DNA from: Oopsacas minuta
Taxonomy: Eukaryota; Animalia; Porifera
Length of the DNA: 64,000 nt
Assembly (NCBI GenBank): GCA_024704765.1
Contig: JAKMXF010000338.1
Coordinates: 163,234-227,233, forward strand
Direction of reading: 5' to 3'
Below, piece after piece: positions 13,793 to 25,770 of this stretch. The translations under genes were made by a program, and so were the position numbers. The notes under the pieces were generated by a model that was given only the letters and a program-made list of their open reading frames with translations, was not told the DNA's origin and did no database searches. Position 1 is the stretch's first letter. Each line of letters opens with the position of its first letter.

Positions 13793-14854
13793 GATATTCG
13801 TACGTTAGTTATTATTCAGTTACCATAGCCATTGTATATTTATATTCTATTTCTTCTAATAAAAACTCAGTTTAGTGAATATCTAGATTTCTGTATTACT
13901 GTATATGGTAATTACGATTACGTCATATATTGAAAACCTGATGTGATACAACAAAATTGAAATCAACAAAAGAACCGCAGCCGACTTACTATACAGTAAT
14001 AATGTATTTTATAAGCCTATCTCTAAAATAGAACGCGTAAAACCCTAATACTAGTAATTCGCAATAATAGCCCACTGTGCTGCAAAGAAGCCGATTCGCA
14101 GCTAGATCAATACAAACTCACGTTTGATCACACCTCAAAAAGCAATAAGTTCTAATAAAATCTCGCTAACAAATTCATTGACAAACTATACAGTGTATTC
14201 TTATAGCTAAACCCCCTACCAACTATAAAGCATATTTTTGAGCTAGACCACTACAAACTATGATAAATTTCTAAGATCTATTTTTGGGAACATTTCTTTA
14301 ATTAGATTTCTTTACTTAGACAAAGACTAGATGGCTTGCTGTGAGAATTTTACTGATGAAATTGGAAAAGGAGCCATCATACAGCCCACACCAATATATC
14401 GATTAGTATCTATTATTGTATTCACCTGTTTAATGACCTGGAAATAGAACGAACACTAACAGAAAAGTTGTTTGACTACTTCGCAGGTGAGAGAAATCTA
14501 ATCGACATAGAAAATCTGCCTAGAAATTTTGAAATATTGAAGAAAGAGGTAGAGATAGGAATACAACTCTATGTGAAGTTATCCTGTAAGATGAATTTCT
14601 TGAATGCCAATCCAAACTTTCAAGGTTTTAAACAACTATCAATAAGAAATTCTGACAAAACCACTCCCCGTTGGGGATTCAACAAGAATTGGGATCTGAT
14701 TTCGATGAGCTACTAGCTATAGTTGCAGATATCAAAGTGCCGGAAAAAGATACAAGACAAAGATGGTTCAATTATATTAGTATCATGATCGTAAAATGCT
14801 CTTCAATACTGCAAGGATACTCTATCAAACTCTAAATCAAGAGTTAATACTACC

Positions 14855-15040
14855 TGTATTAAATATTAGTTAAACAAGGAAATGTTTGTGAATATGTCAA
14901 ATTGACTATACATTATCGTTATCTAAATACTCTCGCTAGTAAATATACATAATTGTATGGAAGCTCTCATAGCGACCATTGAAATTATATTTTTTGTTTT
15001 TATATGACGACAACATATATTCCTTCCAGTTCATTGCATT
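14855..15040. repeat. Dispersed repeat fragment, second copy at ~55715-55890 (internal part of the hAT MITE at 55622)
   Basis: Colinear similarity AAATATTAGTT...TTTGTGAATATGTCAAATTG...TTCCTTCCAGTT at both loci. Confidence 0.75.
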
Positions 15041-15229
15041 ATATGTGCGAATAGTGAAATCATTCCTTATGGTCATATTCGGAATCAATTAACAAATCAA
15101 ATTAGGTGCGAATTGTCGGTATTCCCTAAAAATAGCCATTTTTGCTAAAAATTTCGAATTCCCTTCAAATTAGCATTCTCGGCAAATAATTCTCCTATAT
15201 AATGTATATTTATTATATATTTGTATTAT

Positions 15230-15305
15230 GAGTCCGCTGGCCTAGTGGAAAGAACAACTTCCCCCAAGAACCAGGTCATGGGTTCGAATCCTTAGGTAGA
15301 ACTCA
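15230..15305 (+). promoter_or_regulatory. tRNA-derived Pol III internal promoter (SINE head or tRNA pseudogene)
   Basis: A box TGGCCTAGTGG (15238-15248) and B box GGTTCGAATCC (15281-15291). Acceptor and anticodon stems are degenerate, so this is not a functional tRNA. Confidence 0.75.
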
Positions 15306-15414
15306 CTCTTTTGATCAGAATTTTATCAGCTGATTTATTTATACCCCTTCTTGATTGGAGATTATCACACCTTTAAAATGATTTTTTATTGTTTGCTATC
15401 TGTCAAAAGTAAAG

Positions 15415-15470
15415 TGGTGTCCTAAGATAGGGCATAGCTGAACTGATGGTCCTAGCGGGACGAAACACCA
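15415..15470 (+). ncRNA. Type III hammerhead ribozyme, degenerate copy A
   Basis: TGGTG-TC / CTAAG-loop-CTGAA / CTGATG / GTCC-TAGCG-GGAC / GAAA / CACCA. Stems II and III are perfect; A9 is missing and stem I has two mismatches. Confidence 0.78.
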
Positions 15471-15866
15471 ATATTATATGTATCTATTCAAAAAAAGATA
15501 TTATATGAATCTTTAACTTCAATTATCTCAAAACGATGTTTTTCGCCATAAAGTCTAATGTTTTTTGAGGAAAGACTGATTCTTATGCTCTGAAAATTTG
15601 GGGAAGCATTATACAATCTTTTGCCTGAAATCTAGACCACATTTGGAATGAATTAACGAATAATTCCAATGATATCCCACCCTAAGTCCTGCGGACTTCG
15701 GTCTTTAGTCTATTTTTCCCTAACCCCACATAAAGCGTTTATATCTTCTTAATGAGAAGGTACTCGTGCTAATTGTGGTCCAGAAATTAGAACAACATAT
15801 TGTTAGCATATATAACAATTTATAGGTCTTAGGCAATAGTCCTTCTTCAAAAAATATTAAGTGATA

Positions 15867-17165
15867 CGAGGGCCAGTCCAAAAGTTTGTCGTACACAAAA
15901 AACAATAACAAATTTAATCAAACTTTCACAGTTTCCCAAAGTAACGACCACAACAATATATGCAAAGTTGCATACGATGAAACCAACTATCAAAACAACT
16001 ATGCCATTTTTCCTCTGGCTGGCTCCAAAGGGCCTCTTCAAATGCCAGACGAGCCTCTTCAGGACTCTCAAACCTTATTCCACGGATCTTTTCCTTGATT
16101 GTTGGGAACAAGAAAAATCGCATGGAGCTATGTCTGGAATGTAAGGTGGATGCGATACCAACTGGACCGAATTTTCAGCCGGGAAGTCCAATATTTTGGC
16201 TATTGTGTGTGCATATGCATTATCGTGGTGAAGGAGAAGTCCTTTGATCGGGTCTTAGGGCGACGAGAACTCCAAGCTTCGTAAGCCTTGGACAGGCAAT
16301 TGTTAATGTACCAATCAGTATTGTCGATACGACGATCCTCGAGAGGAATTATTGTAACTTGGTCAGTCTTACAGAAAAAAGCAACCACCATCTTCTTCCC
16401 AACGCTGCGACCCCGGCGAACTTTAACAGGGGGATCTTCGCCAGAAAACACCCAGATTGAAGATTGCCGCTTTGTTTCCTGATCGTACTGATAGATCCAT
16501 GTCTCATCACATGTTAGTATGTCGTTAACTCGTTTAGACTCTCCTCCTTTAAATTTCTTGAGCATAAACTTGCACTATTCTACCCTTGCCTCTATTTGTA
16601 TTTCGGGGAGATTATGAGGGATCCATCGGTCCGCAAGCCTTCTGACACCAAGATAATCATGTAGGATAGTTTTGATGGCGGTTTTCCCGATCTTTAGGGT
16701 CTCGGGAAACTGCTCATAGTTAATGCGGCTATCCTCCCTGATTAATGTCTCGGCAGCAGCAATAGTCTCTGGAGTGACGACGGTTGAAGGTCACCAGGCC
16801 TAGCCTCATCTTGTAATGACGTTCTCTCCCTCCTGAAATCTAGATATCAACGCTCCACTGTCCGCTTAGATGGAACTTGATCTTGGAAAGCTTCCACCAA
16901 GTTATCATGACTCTGCTCCACTGATATCTTACGCATAAAGTCACAAAACATCATGGCTCTAAAATCCCTTCTTTCCACTTCCATTCAGTATAATAAAATC
17001 TGTATATAGGCTATTGATAAAATAGCGTTACTCAGGACATAAGTGTTGAATATAGCTCAAATTAATAGTAGAGTCATTATATATATCTAAGTATATAGTG
17101 TTATATTTATTTGATTGAAGACAAAATAGAACCTTTGTACGACCAAACTTTTGGACTGACCCTCG
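15867..17165 (-). mobile_element. Mariner (DD34D-type) element, decayed
   Basis: TIR CGAGGG(C/T)CAGTCCAAAAGTTTG with TA flanks; TCDETWIY and HPPY.PD.APCDFFLF motifs on the minus strand. Confidence 0.93.
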
Positions 17166-17726
17166 TATGTCCCGAACTTTAATGTTACGCCTATGGGATG
17201 ACTTTTGACCTCTTTTCATTCCCAATTCGTAATACACACTGGATACATCGGGGTTCATGATTATTATCTCTTAGTTTAGCTAGTACGACGAACTGGAAAA
17301 CATTAAATCAGTCGAATGGCCTATACTTTGAAAATAGCCCATGCCGTAATACAAAGGTCGCGGCGAGTCTCTTTAACCGGATATGAATTATGTTCGCTTA
17401 ATTTAGATTTTTATCCCAATTTTACGATTTTATAATTATTCAGAATCATTGTAAAATGGTTTGTTCTAAAACTAGGAATTTGAATATTATCTACATCCAT
17501 AACAATACAACACCAATACGATTACCAATTACTAAACTAAGATTATTAACATTGCTCACCTGCCTCAGGTTCCTTTGGCTATTCCACCTTGTATAATTCC
17601 CACAAGATTGACCACACAGTTGGATATTCAAACGTTTTGCATGGGTTGCAGTAATAAGCACATGCACTATTATTTAACATAAATCAAAATCAAATTTTCC
17701 ACACGGTTTCTAAATATGGCCATCAG

Positions 17727-18365
17727 GGGCCTTATTGACTAAAATTCCTTGGTCAAATTCTTAGAATTTTGCTTAACTTCAAGTTAAATCCTTAGAATCA
17801 GTCTAAGAATTCGAACAATTCTAAGAAAAATATTTAGTGAGGTAAAGAGGACACTTAGCTTGTCATTTATTCTACTTTTCTATGAAAGTATAATCAATAC
17901 GCATTTATTTACAAAGAAGATTGTTTATCGGTAAGACAATATGTTTGATTATCATATCTACATGTTGCAATACCCGCAGCATAGAACTATAGTCGGATTA
18001 CATACCAAATATATTTAGATGCTATTTCTTGACGTCACTCTGAATTGTATTATGACATCAATGAATGTATTTATGTGATTAAATTATCTCTAATATATTT
18101 TGAAACATAATAGTGTTGTATCTAAACTAAGGTAAATAAAGTCAATGTCTTTTCAGTGACCTCCTGCAAAAATATACGCAATCTATGCAATTTTATCCAT
18201 TTACATATATTATCATATTTAGTGATAACTATAAATAATAATAAAATGTTAATTAATTATGATAATATCTTAACAATCGTTCGCATTATGACCACTGAAA
18301 AATCGAAAACTCGTTCAAAGAATTTCACTCAGGATGAGATAATGTCACTCATGGATCTCATTCAT
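17727..18365 (+). mobile_element. Non-autonomous Harbinger element, 5' part (same family as 55929-58133)
   Basis: CAG|GGGCCTTATTGACTAAAAT terminus, colinear with 55929-57845; remnant Myb/SANT start RSKNFTQDE. Confidence 0.75.
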
Positions 18366-19057
18366 CCCAAGTTTCGTCACCTGCTACTTTCTCAAATAAC
18401 CTTCTGGAGTCAGCTCGATCAAACTCAGAGAGCAATTTAGCAGCGCATTGGACCCTCTTTGCTTTCTGGGCCTGAGTTAGTAAATGCGGCACCCATCGAG
18501 CACATATCTTTCGGAATTTCATATTATCATGTACAATAGCTTGAACAGTTCCCGTTGAGATCCCGACCGCATCAGCTATCTCCACAAGCTTGATATGTGG
18601 GTCTTCTTCAAATAACGCGGATACCTCAAGGATATTTTTGTCACTGGCGCTGGAAACTGGTCTCCTATTCTTGCCCCATCTTCAATGGTTACTATACCTC
18701 CACGAAAGCGTCTAGCCCAATCAACAACAGTGAAATATGGAAGTGCTGTAACCTTATAAACTTCCTCTAAATCTTTGTGGACATCTGTTGGTGAAACCTT
18801 GAGCAGTGTTCTGATCTTCACAAATGCTCTCTGCTCAATTTCGAAATCTGTACTTTTGAAGCCATTTAAAATGTTACTATAAAAACTATCAAAGTGTAAA
18901 TAGGTACGTACAATATTGGAACGGGAAATCAGAATCAAAAACGCTTTGCATTATTGAATTCAAAATGGATGGATTGTTATTAGAAAATTCAGTTTGATCT
19001 GGGTCGAAATATCCCGATCTACAAAATTTGGAATAAAGAATACTTATGGGACCCCCG
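18358..19057 (-). mobile_element. Mariner 5' fragment
   Basis: Terminus TA|CGGGGGTCCCATAAG; EQRAFVKIRTLL, KICARWVPHLLT and GDETW motifs; truncated at the first catalytic D. Confidence 0.88.
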
Positions 19058-19594
19058 TAGTAAATTCTATGGTGCGAAAATTGATAGTTAATTAAAATGA
19101 TTTGTATAGTTTAGTAGCACAATTTCTATTTTGCGAAATTTGAAATCGGTATATTCTTTTGAATAGTTGTTGCAATGTATGGACTTGCTTGGTCTGCACA
19201 CTGGTTTATGGGCATGCTATAATATAATGTTCTCTTCTGGTTCTTTACTAAATACGAAATTAAACATAATGAATATGTTGCAGTGGATTAATTACCATTA
19301 TTATATCATTGTTATCAACATTGTAATTGTTCACCATCCTTTGAAAAAGTATTTGAGTTGCTAGCATCTAGAAATGAAGGAATATCAATAATAAATATAA
19401 AATAATATGACATAATTTGTGATAATATTACAATGTATGCTGAAGAAAATACTATTAAACACATAAATACTCAAGCACAAGGAAAGATATACTTATCTTC
19501 TTGAATACTGCTGTATTATACAATGATTTTGATTCCAAGGTTCGTCATTATATTACCAATAATGTATTATATGTAAATTCTATATGGAAACATT

Positions 19595-21960
19595 GTGGGT
19601 CTCAAGTTCGAAACACGGACTATATCCTTAATTCCATTGGTGACAAATGATGATCCTAAATTCTATAAAAGTACTTTACATATCCATCCGCGCTCTGAGT
19701 ATATCCCAGTTAACTTGAGAAAATCAGATAACTCGTACACATTTGTTGCATTTATGATCACCATCAGTGCCTTACCAAATTGTTTCTTAATATTCGTTCC
19801 GTTCATCTCAAACCAAACGACAACATCTATTTCCTTTCTCACGATGGTTATCATTATGGAATTATCCAATCTATCCATTCTTCTCCTTTTATCGGGAGAT
19901 ATTGAATTGAACCCTGGTCCTACCGGAGGAGAAGAGTTCATGAAAATTCTCGACGAGAAGAAACGGGCTGATTCAGCCATTAATACATTCTCACCTGAAG
20001 AAGTAGAGCAAAGAATCTACACCCTGATATCACAGAAACCTACAGAAAAAACATGCAAGACAAAAGTGACAAAGGGTTCAGAATAAATTTAAACTTGTTT
20101 CATATCAAAGTGTTGAAACCCTATACCTTCGTGAAGCAAACAGACACAATGCCAAAAGAGTATTGGTGAGTAATGAAATGTACGAATTCTTAGAAGAATT
20201 TCACGTAAAATCACGAACATTCAGGAAGGACAAAATTGTATAAGAGAGTTACTCAATATTACTTTGGAGTTACTGAAGAACTGTGTGATTTTTATGTCAA
20301 AATGTGTCCAACTTGCCATCTAAAAAGTGGAAAGAAATCCACAAAGTCTGTAGTTACCAAGCCAATCGTATCAAGAAATTACCTGAGCAGAGCTCAAATT
20401 GATCTCATAGATTTCAGAGGTATGAATCTGGTGAAAACAGGTCACCAGATGGAGTCACACCCTATAAACACCTTTTTGTCTATATTGACCATTTTACCAA
20501 AACAATAAACTTGGTCACATTTGTTAAAAAACAACAGAAAATGTTCGTGATATTTTAATTGAAATATTCTGCGATCAAGGCCCACCTCTAATATTACATT
20601 CTGATAATGGAGGGGAATTCTCAAATCGCCTTCTATTCGAAACTTTGCGAGATACTTGGCCCTCTATAAAAATTGTGCATGGCAAACCCAGGCATCCTGA
20701 GTGTTAGGGGACAGTAGAGCGTGTGAATAGAGAAGTTAAAGACGGATTATTTGCCATGATGCATGATAATAATGATCAATGCTGGGTAAAGTATTTAAAG
20801 TCGGTAAATTTAACTACAACACAAGTTACCATACAACCATTCGAATGACGCCATTTGAAGCTGTGTATGGCAGACCTCCATTCTTCTGACTCGCCACTCT
20901 TAATGTTCCTAAAGAACATTAGGTGTGATTAATAACAAAAACGATTTGAAAAACTTTCAACAAACCTCTGTTGCTGATCCAATATCAGCATTTGTTGATG
21001 AACTATCTCAACCATCTAACTTGTTTGATAACGAAGTGCCTACATATACAGAAGAGTATCTTAATGAACCACAATCTCCATATATATCTAAGTTCCCGCC
21101 TATTTCCGACGATTATGAATTCTCAATATTGGATACAGTTCCACCTGGCACAATTATCGATGGTATAGAATATAACAGTAATTTTGAAACCCTAACATCA
21201 AGTATTCCAGTAATTCTGGAGGATCAAATTAGAGCTCTTGAGTCAGGTAATTTAGTTTCTGAGAAAGAGTTTCCCATGGACGTCTATCTAGTAGTTCACC
21301 AATAGTTTCAAATATAAATCCAGTCAATTCAACTAACTTACTCTATGCTGTATGTGAGAATGAAACAAATGGAGGACACTCTTGGCCTGAGTAATGTCGT
21401 TTCGTCCACGTACCTTGCGGAATTCAACAAGGGGAAGAGGGATTTGGGTGCTCAGTGTGGTGTCAAGGTTGTTTTCTCAAAGAAAGGAGTACAAATACCT
21501 ATCATTTACGAAAAGGAATAAAAAGAAATATAGAAACATTTCATGATCGTATGCTAAAGTCAAGTGGGAAAAAATTCAAACCAGCTGAAATCTGTGATAC
21601 TGTGCTTATACCCATTTCCCGACCTGATAAGATGAGTTCGATTTGGCCACGCAATCTTATGGGTCATATTATCGACGCACAGGATTCTGTTTATACTGTA
21701 GCTACATCACATGGCACTATTTCCTCTGGCTATGCAAGGAATCAGTTAATGTTTGTCCATCCAGAATCCGTGCAAATGAGTCTTGCCATACTTCTATAGT
21801 CAGTGAAAAGGAAGCAATGCAAAGTGCTTCTCTGGGCCTCAGTGGTTCAGCATGTAGATGTAAGCACTGAGAACACTAAGGTGCCCTTGCAAGAAATCAG
21901 GTAGAAGTTGCAACACTAAATGCCATAAGGGTCACACTTGTTTTAACAAGTTCGCATAAC
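19595..21960 (+). pseudogene. Ginger2/KRBA2-SCAND3-like DDE integrase with N-terminal 2A-like peptide and C-terminal CXC cluster
   Basis: H..H...CPTC zinc finger, RAQIDLIDF, LHSDNGGEF, G.PRHP...G.VERVNRE, and a CRCK...CPCKK...CN.KCH tail. Multiple stops and frameshifts. Possible 3' terminus ...GGGGCGAAGTTAACA at 22207. Confidence 0.8.
19880..19921 (+). other. 2A-like ribosomal-skip (StopGo) motif LLLLSGDIELNPGP
   Basis: Exact D(V/I)ExNPG-P consensus with the upstream leucine run, in ORF 19595-20086. Confidence 0.85.
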
Positions 21961-22247
21961 ATGCTACTAGTAGAGAGAATAGTCATTACGTATAACACAA
22001 GTCATCACTTAATATTTATTAGAACTTTTAAATTGTCATATAAGTAGTTTATAATAAGAATACAATAAAGATTTCTTGCTCAGTCTCAAAAGTATTTTAA
22101 ATTGAATAATACAGACACTTCGCTACACGAGTAGTCGAGTAGATTATAAATAATTTGGTGTGTTGGACAATTTGGAATTACTATGTAGTAATGGGGCGAA
22201 GTTAACAGTTGTAACGTAACTAGATACGAACAAGAGTCTAGTTCATA

Positions 22248-22790
22248 CTAGGGCGTTCAATAAGTCTTGCGTGTGATATCATAGAATATGATACAAACAC
22301 TATACACACTAATTCACTATATTATTTATTCACAGAAATCCCCCCTGCAGATACACAAAGTTTTAAACTTTCCACCCACTTGTAAACACATTTCTGTGCT
22401 CTTCTTCAGGGGATGGATTTGAACTACTTGTACAGGCCCGTTCCGAGTGGTCGTAATGTGTTAAAATCTTTGCCTTGAAGGTAGATTTTAAGCTTGGGGA
22501 ATAGCCAAAAATCACACGGAGATAGGTCTGGTGAGTATGGTGGATGGGGAAATAATTCTAACACTTCTACATCAAAGAAATATTTGGTAAGCTTAGCTGT
22601 TTGGGAACTGGCGTTATCAATTCCAATCTTCATTCCTCAAGTTCCGGTTTTGGGGCGGTACTTTTCTATATTTTTTACCAAATTTGGAAGCACTTGCTCG
22701 GAAAAGAAAGTAGCAGTAACAGCCTTGCCACTCTCACAAGGTAATTGCCAGACAATTCTATGACTACTGAAGAAGATTGACTTGAAAATC
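22248..22790 (-). mobile_element. Mariner 3' fragment
   Basis: DNA...HPPYSPDLSPCDFWLFPKLK motif; terminus TA|CTAGGGCGTTCAATAAG. Confidence 0.85.
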
Positions 22791-22855
22791 TCAAATTTAG
22801 ATGCTCAATAACTCCATCTATGTAGGGAATCCCAATTTTTTGTCTGTTTTAGTTA

Positions 22856-24450
22856 CAGGTACTTTCACTTGTAAGATTCGAAGAAGTACTCATAGTTACA
22901 CAAGATTCATCATATGATATACTGAGAATTCCTTTAGACGAATTTCTTGGTTTAGAACAAAGGATAGACCTTATTACTAGGATGGAGAATGGTGAACCGC
23001 AAACAAGCGTCTGCAAAAGACTAAATATCTCAAAGTCGACGGTGAATTCAATATGGAAAAATAGGGAAACTCTCAAACGTAGCTATGACTCGTCTGAAAT
23101 CAGTGTTGACTGTAAGCGGATCCGATCATCGAATTTCACTCAAGTGGATACAGCTTTACTAGAATGGTTTAAGCAGGCAAGAAATTGTAATATTCCTATA
23201 ACCGGCAAAATACTGATGGAAAAGTCCCAGTTCTTTGCTACTGCCATGAATGTTTCAACTTTTAAAGCCACTACAGGTTTCATCGATAGGTGGAAGAGAA
23301 GACATTCTATAGGGATGAAACAAATTTCTGGTGAAGAGAATCAGTTTCAGAGGAGAGCATTCGTCCTTGGTTGGATATCACTCTGCCAGAATTGCTCTTG
23401 AAATATACACCAGAAAATATCTACAACGTAGATGAAACTGCGCTATTTTACAAGTTACGGCCAGAGAGGACGTTGACTTTCAAAGGAGAAAAGTGTAGTG
23501 GTAGTAAGAAACAGAAGGACCGTCTTACAGTGCTTGTTGGGGCCAGTATGGCTGGTGAAAAGCTTCCACTTCTAGTCATTGGAAAATCTAAGTCACCAAG
23601 GTGTTTTGCGGGTATTAGATCGTTACCTTTAGGCTATATTTCTAATGCGAAAGCTTGGATGACGGGAAATTTCTTCCAGCAATGGCTGGAAAAGTGGAAT
23701 AGAAAAATTGTATCCACGAAACGTTCTGTCCTACTCATAATAGACAATTGTCCCGCGCACCCTCGTAATCTTGAGCTTTCTAACATTTCTATCAAATTTC
23801 TGCCACCAAACACCACTGCAAAGTTACAGCCTTGTCATTAAGGCATTATACAATCCCTGAAAGTTCATTATCGACACCAATTAGTGAAGAAGCTACTTTC
23901 ATCGATGGATGCTAAGGAAGAATTGAAAATAACAGTTCTTGATGCTATGCAGTGGCTGAAGGTTTCATGGGACAAAGTAACAGCCACGACCATTCAAAAT
24001 TGCTTTCATCATTGTAGCTTTAGTCTTGGATCAAATACTGCAGAAATATCAATTGTCTCAGATGAAGGGCCTGAAAGTATTACATATGAGGAATTGAAGA
24101 GCCGTGAAATTAATGTTGAAGGTTCATTTGAAGAATATGCTATTATTGACAATGACGTCCCTATTTGTGGCATTCTTACAGATAATGAAATTACAGCAAT
24201 GCTTCAGGGTGACGTTACTGAAGAACCATGTGTAATAGAATATGATGTGGATGATAATACTATTGTGTGCCCAAGCGTGTCAGAATATCATGATGCTCTG
24301 AAGATTGTTAAGCGCTACGTGACCTGTAATTCCAAAAGCTGTCTTCTCAATGCTATTAACGAGATGGAAGAACTAATCTATACTTGTAGTGTGAAGCAAA
24401 GTTCACTTTCCGATTTTTACACTAGCCAAAAAAAAATAAAATAAATAAAA
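22856..24450 (+). mobile_element. Pogo/Tigger element with disrupted CENP-B-HTH + DDE_1 transposase (22982-24444)
   Basis: LLEWFKQAR...ITGKIL, NVDETALF, KDRLTVLVGASMAGEKL, LIIDNCPAH and PPNTTAKLQP motifs. The right TIR was not found. Confidence 0.9.
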
Positions 24451-25110
24451 ACTGAAGAGTTTGTTTACAAGAATCATTCTATCACTATTTAAAGACTACT
24501 AGCTCTATGAATGCTTGAATTTGATTGGCTGTTCGTTCGAGAATAAAGTGTCTCGTTTGAGTACTAGTGCTCACAATATTGTTTCTATGGAATAAAGAAA
24601 CAGCAAATAATGGACAAATTATGAATGTGTGTTTACGATAACTAACTAATATCCAAAGATTCTTTGTAGACAAACAATTTTGAACAGAACTAAAATTGTA
24701 GAAAACATTCATTGTCACCCATTCCCCAAAGGAAATGTCACAAATCATAAATACCATTGGAGATTGATAAAAGGAAGTCGCGATCAAAAGGGAATACAGC
24801 AAGGAGATAGATATACAGTTTCGTAACAGGGGAATTTCTATGCACTATGTGAGAGACAATGGGGTGAGACAATACGATGAGCCATAGGATACTATGCAAC
24901 GTGAATACTCACATAATGGGATCAAACAATATAATAAGTAATTGGTTACTATATGACGTCAATATTCACATAGGAACAACGCTTGGATCAAACTTGGTTG
25001 ATTTTAGTTTCTGAGAGACCACCGCGCTTTAGTTCAAACACTTTTGGGTTGAATTCTAAAGGAAATTCTCTAAGTGAGGCTTGTGCTAGACTACCACTAT
25101 TTTTTTTCCA

Positions 25111-25770
25111 CTAAACTGTGATTGTGGAAAAGTTAGCATGCGTAATTGCCCATCCTTCAACACAATCTTCGATACGAATATTGTAAGGACAGTTAGTTCT
25201 CTGAGTAGCGGTCATATGTACATCATTGTGTAACCTCATTTTTCTTGATTTGTAACAAGATAACATTCTTTGTTTCCCCTTCCTCGATGTTTGTCTGTAG
25301 TTAGAGGTCCAAACAAGATTGATTCGCCCCCGAGGAGTTGTAAAGTCACTAGCCCATGTATTTAATTCCATTTTTGCTGTTGCATGTGAGTCCCACGGTC
25401 CTTTAGGCATATCATCAGATAATCCAACAGATCTGATCCGCCTTAAATCAACAATTGTTCGACGAAGGCCAAATAATGTTGTTATTCTGTCAGATCTGGC
25501 ATAATCCTCAACTGAGGTGTGACTTTGTAAACCTTCAGTCTCCTCAGCGAAAACATTTTCTGTATTTTCACCAATAAATTGAGGAAATTTAGATATACAA
25601 GTTTCATCATCATCATCATATACATAATAATCGAATGATATAATCGCATCCTTTTGGTTATCGTCAGGTACTGAGGGTGAGGTCCTTTGAAAATCAAGTG
25701 TATAAATTTGGGCAGTAATAACAGCAAAATAATCTTCATCGTTATAATAAATTGGCTCTGCCATATACAA
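25111..25770 (-). pseudogene. MULE-type transposase N-terminal fragment (FAR1/WRKY-GCM1-like zinc finger)
   Basis: LSCYKS...RTNCPYNIRI...WAITHAN, followed by CACAATCAC (HNH) one base out of frame. Confidence 0.55.

Larger units (their letters stand above)
8281..14089 (+). mobile_element. Transib/RAG1-like transposon family 2 (decayed; left end tentative; contains two Tc1/mariner insertions)
   Basis: Right end ...ATAGCCCACTGTG at 14089. Candidate left end CACAGTAGGCTACTA at 8281 matches the reverse complement of the right end (CACAGTGGGCTATTA) 13/15. Length without inserts is ~3.2 kb, like family 1. No matching 5-bp TSD. Confidence 0.7.
15340..17375 (+). repeat. Hammerhead-bearing interspersed repeat, copy A (interrupted by mariner 15867-17165)
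   Basis: 15340-15866 plus 17166-17375 aligns to the reverse complement of 30595-31320. Confidence 0.85.

Noticed and set aside
15230-15305. Functional tRNA gene
   Set aside because: A and B boxes are good, but the acceptor and anticodon stems do not pair properly.
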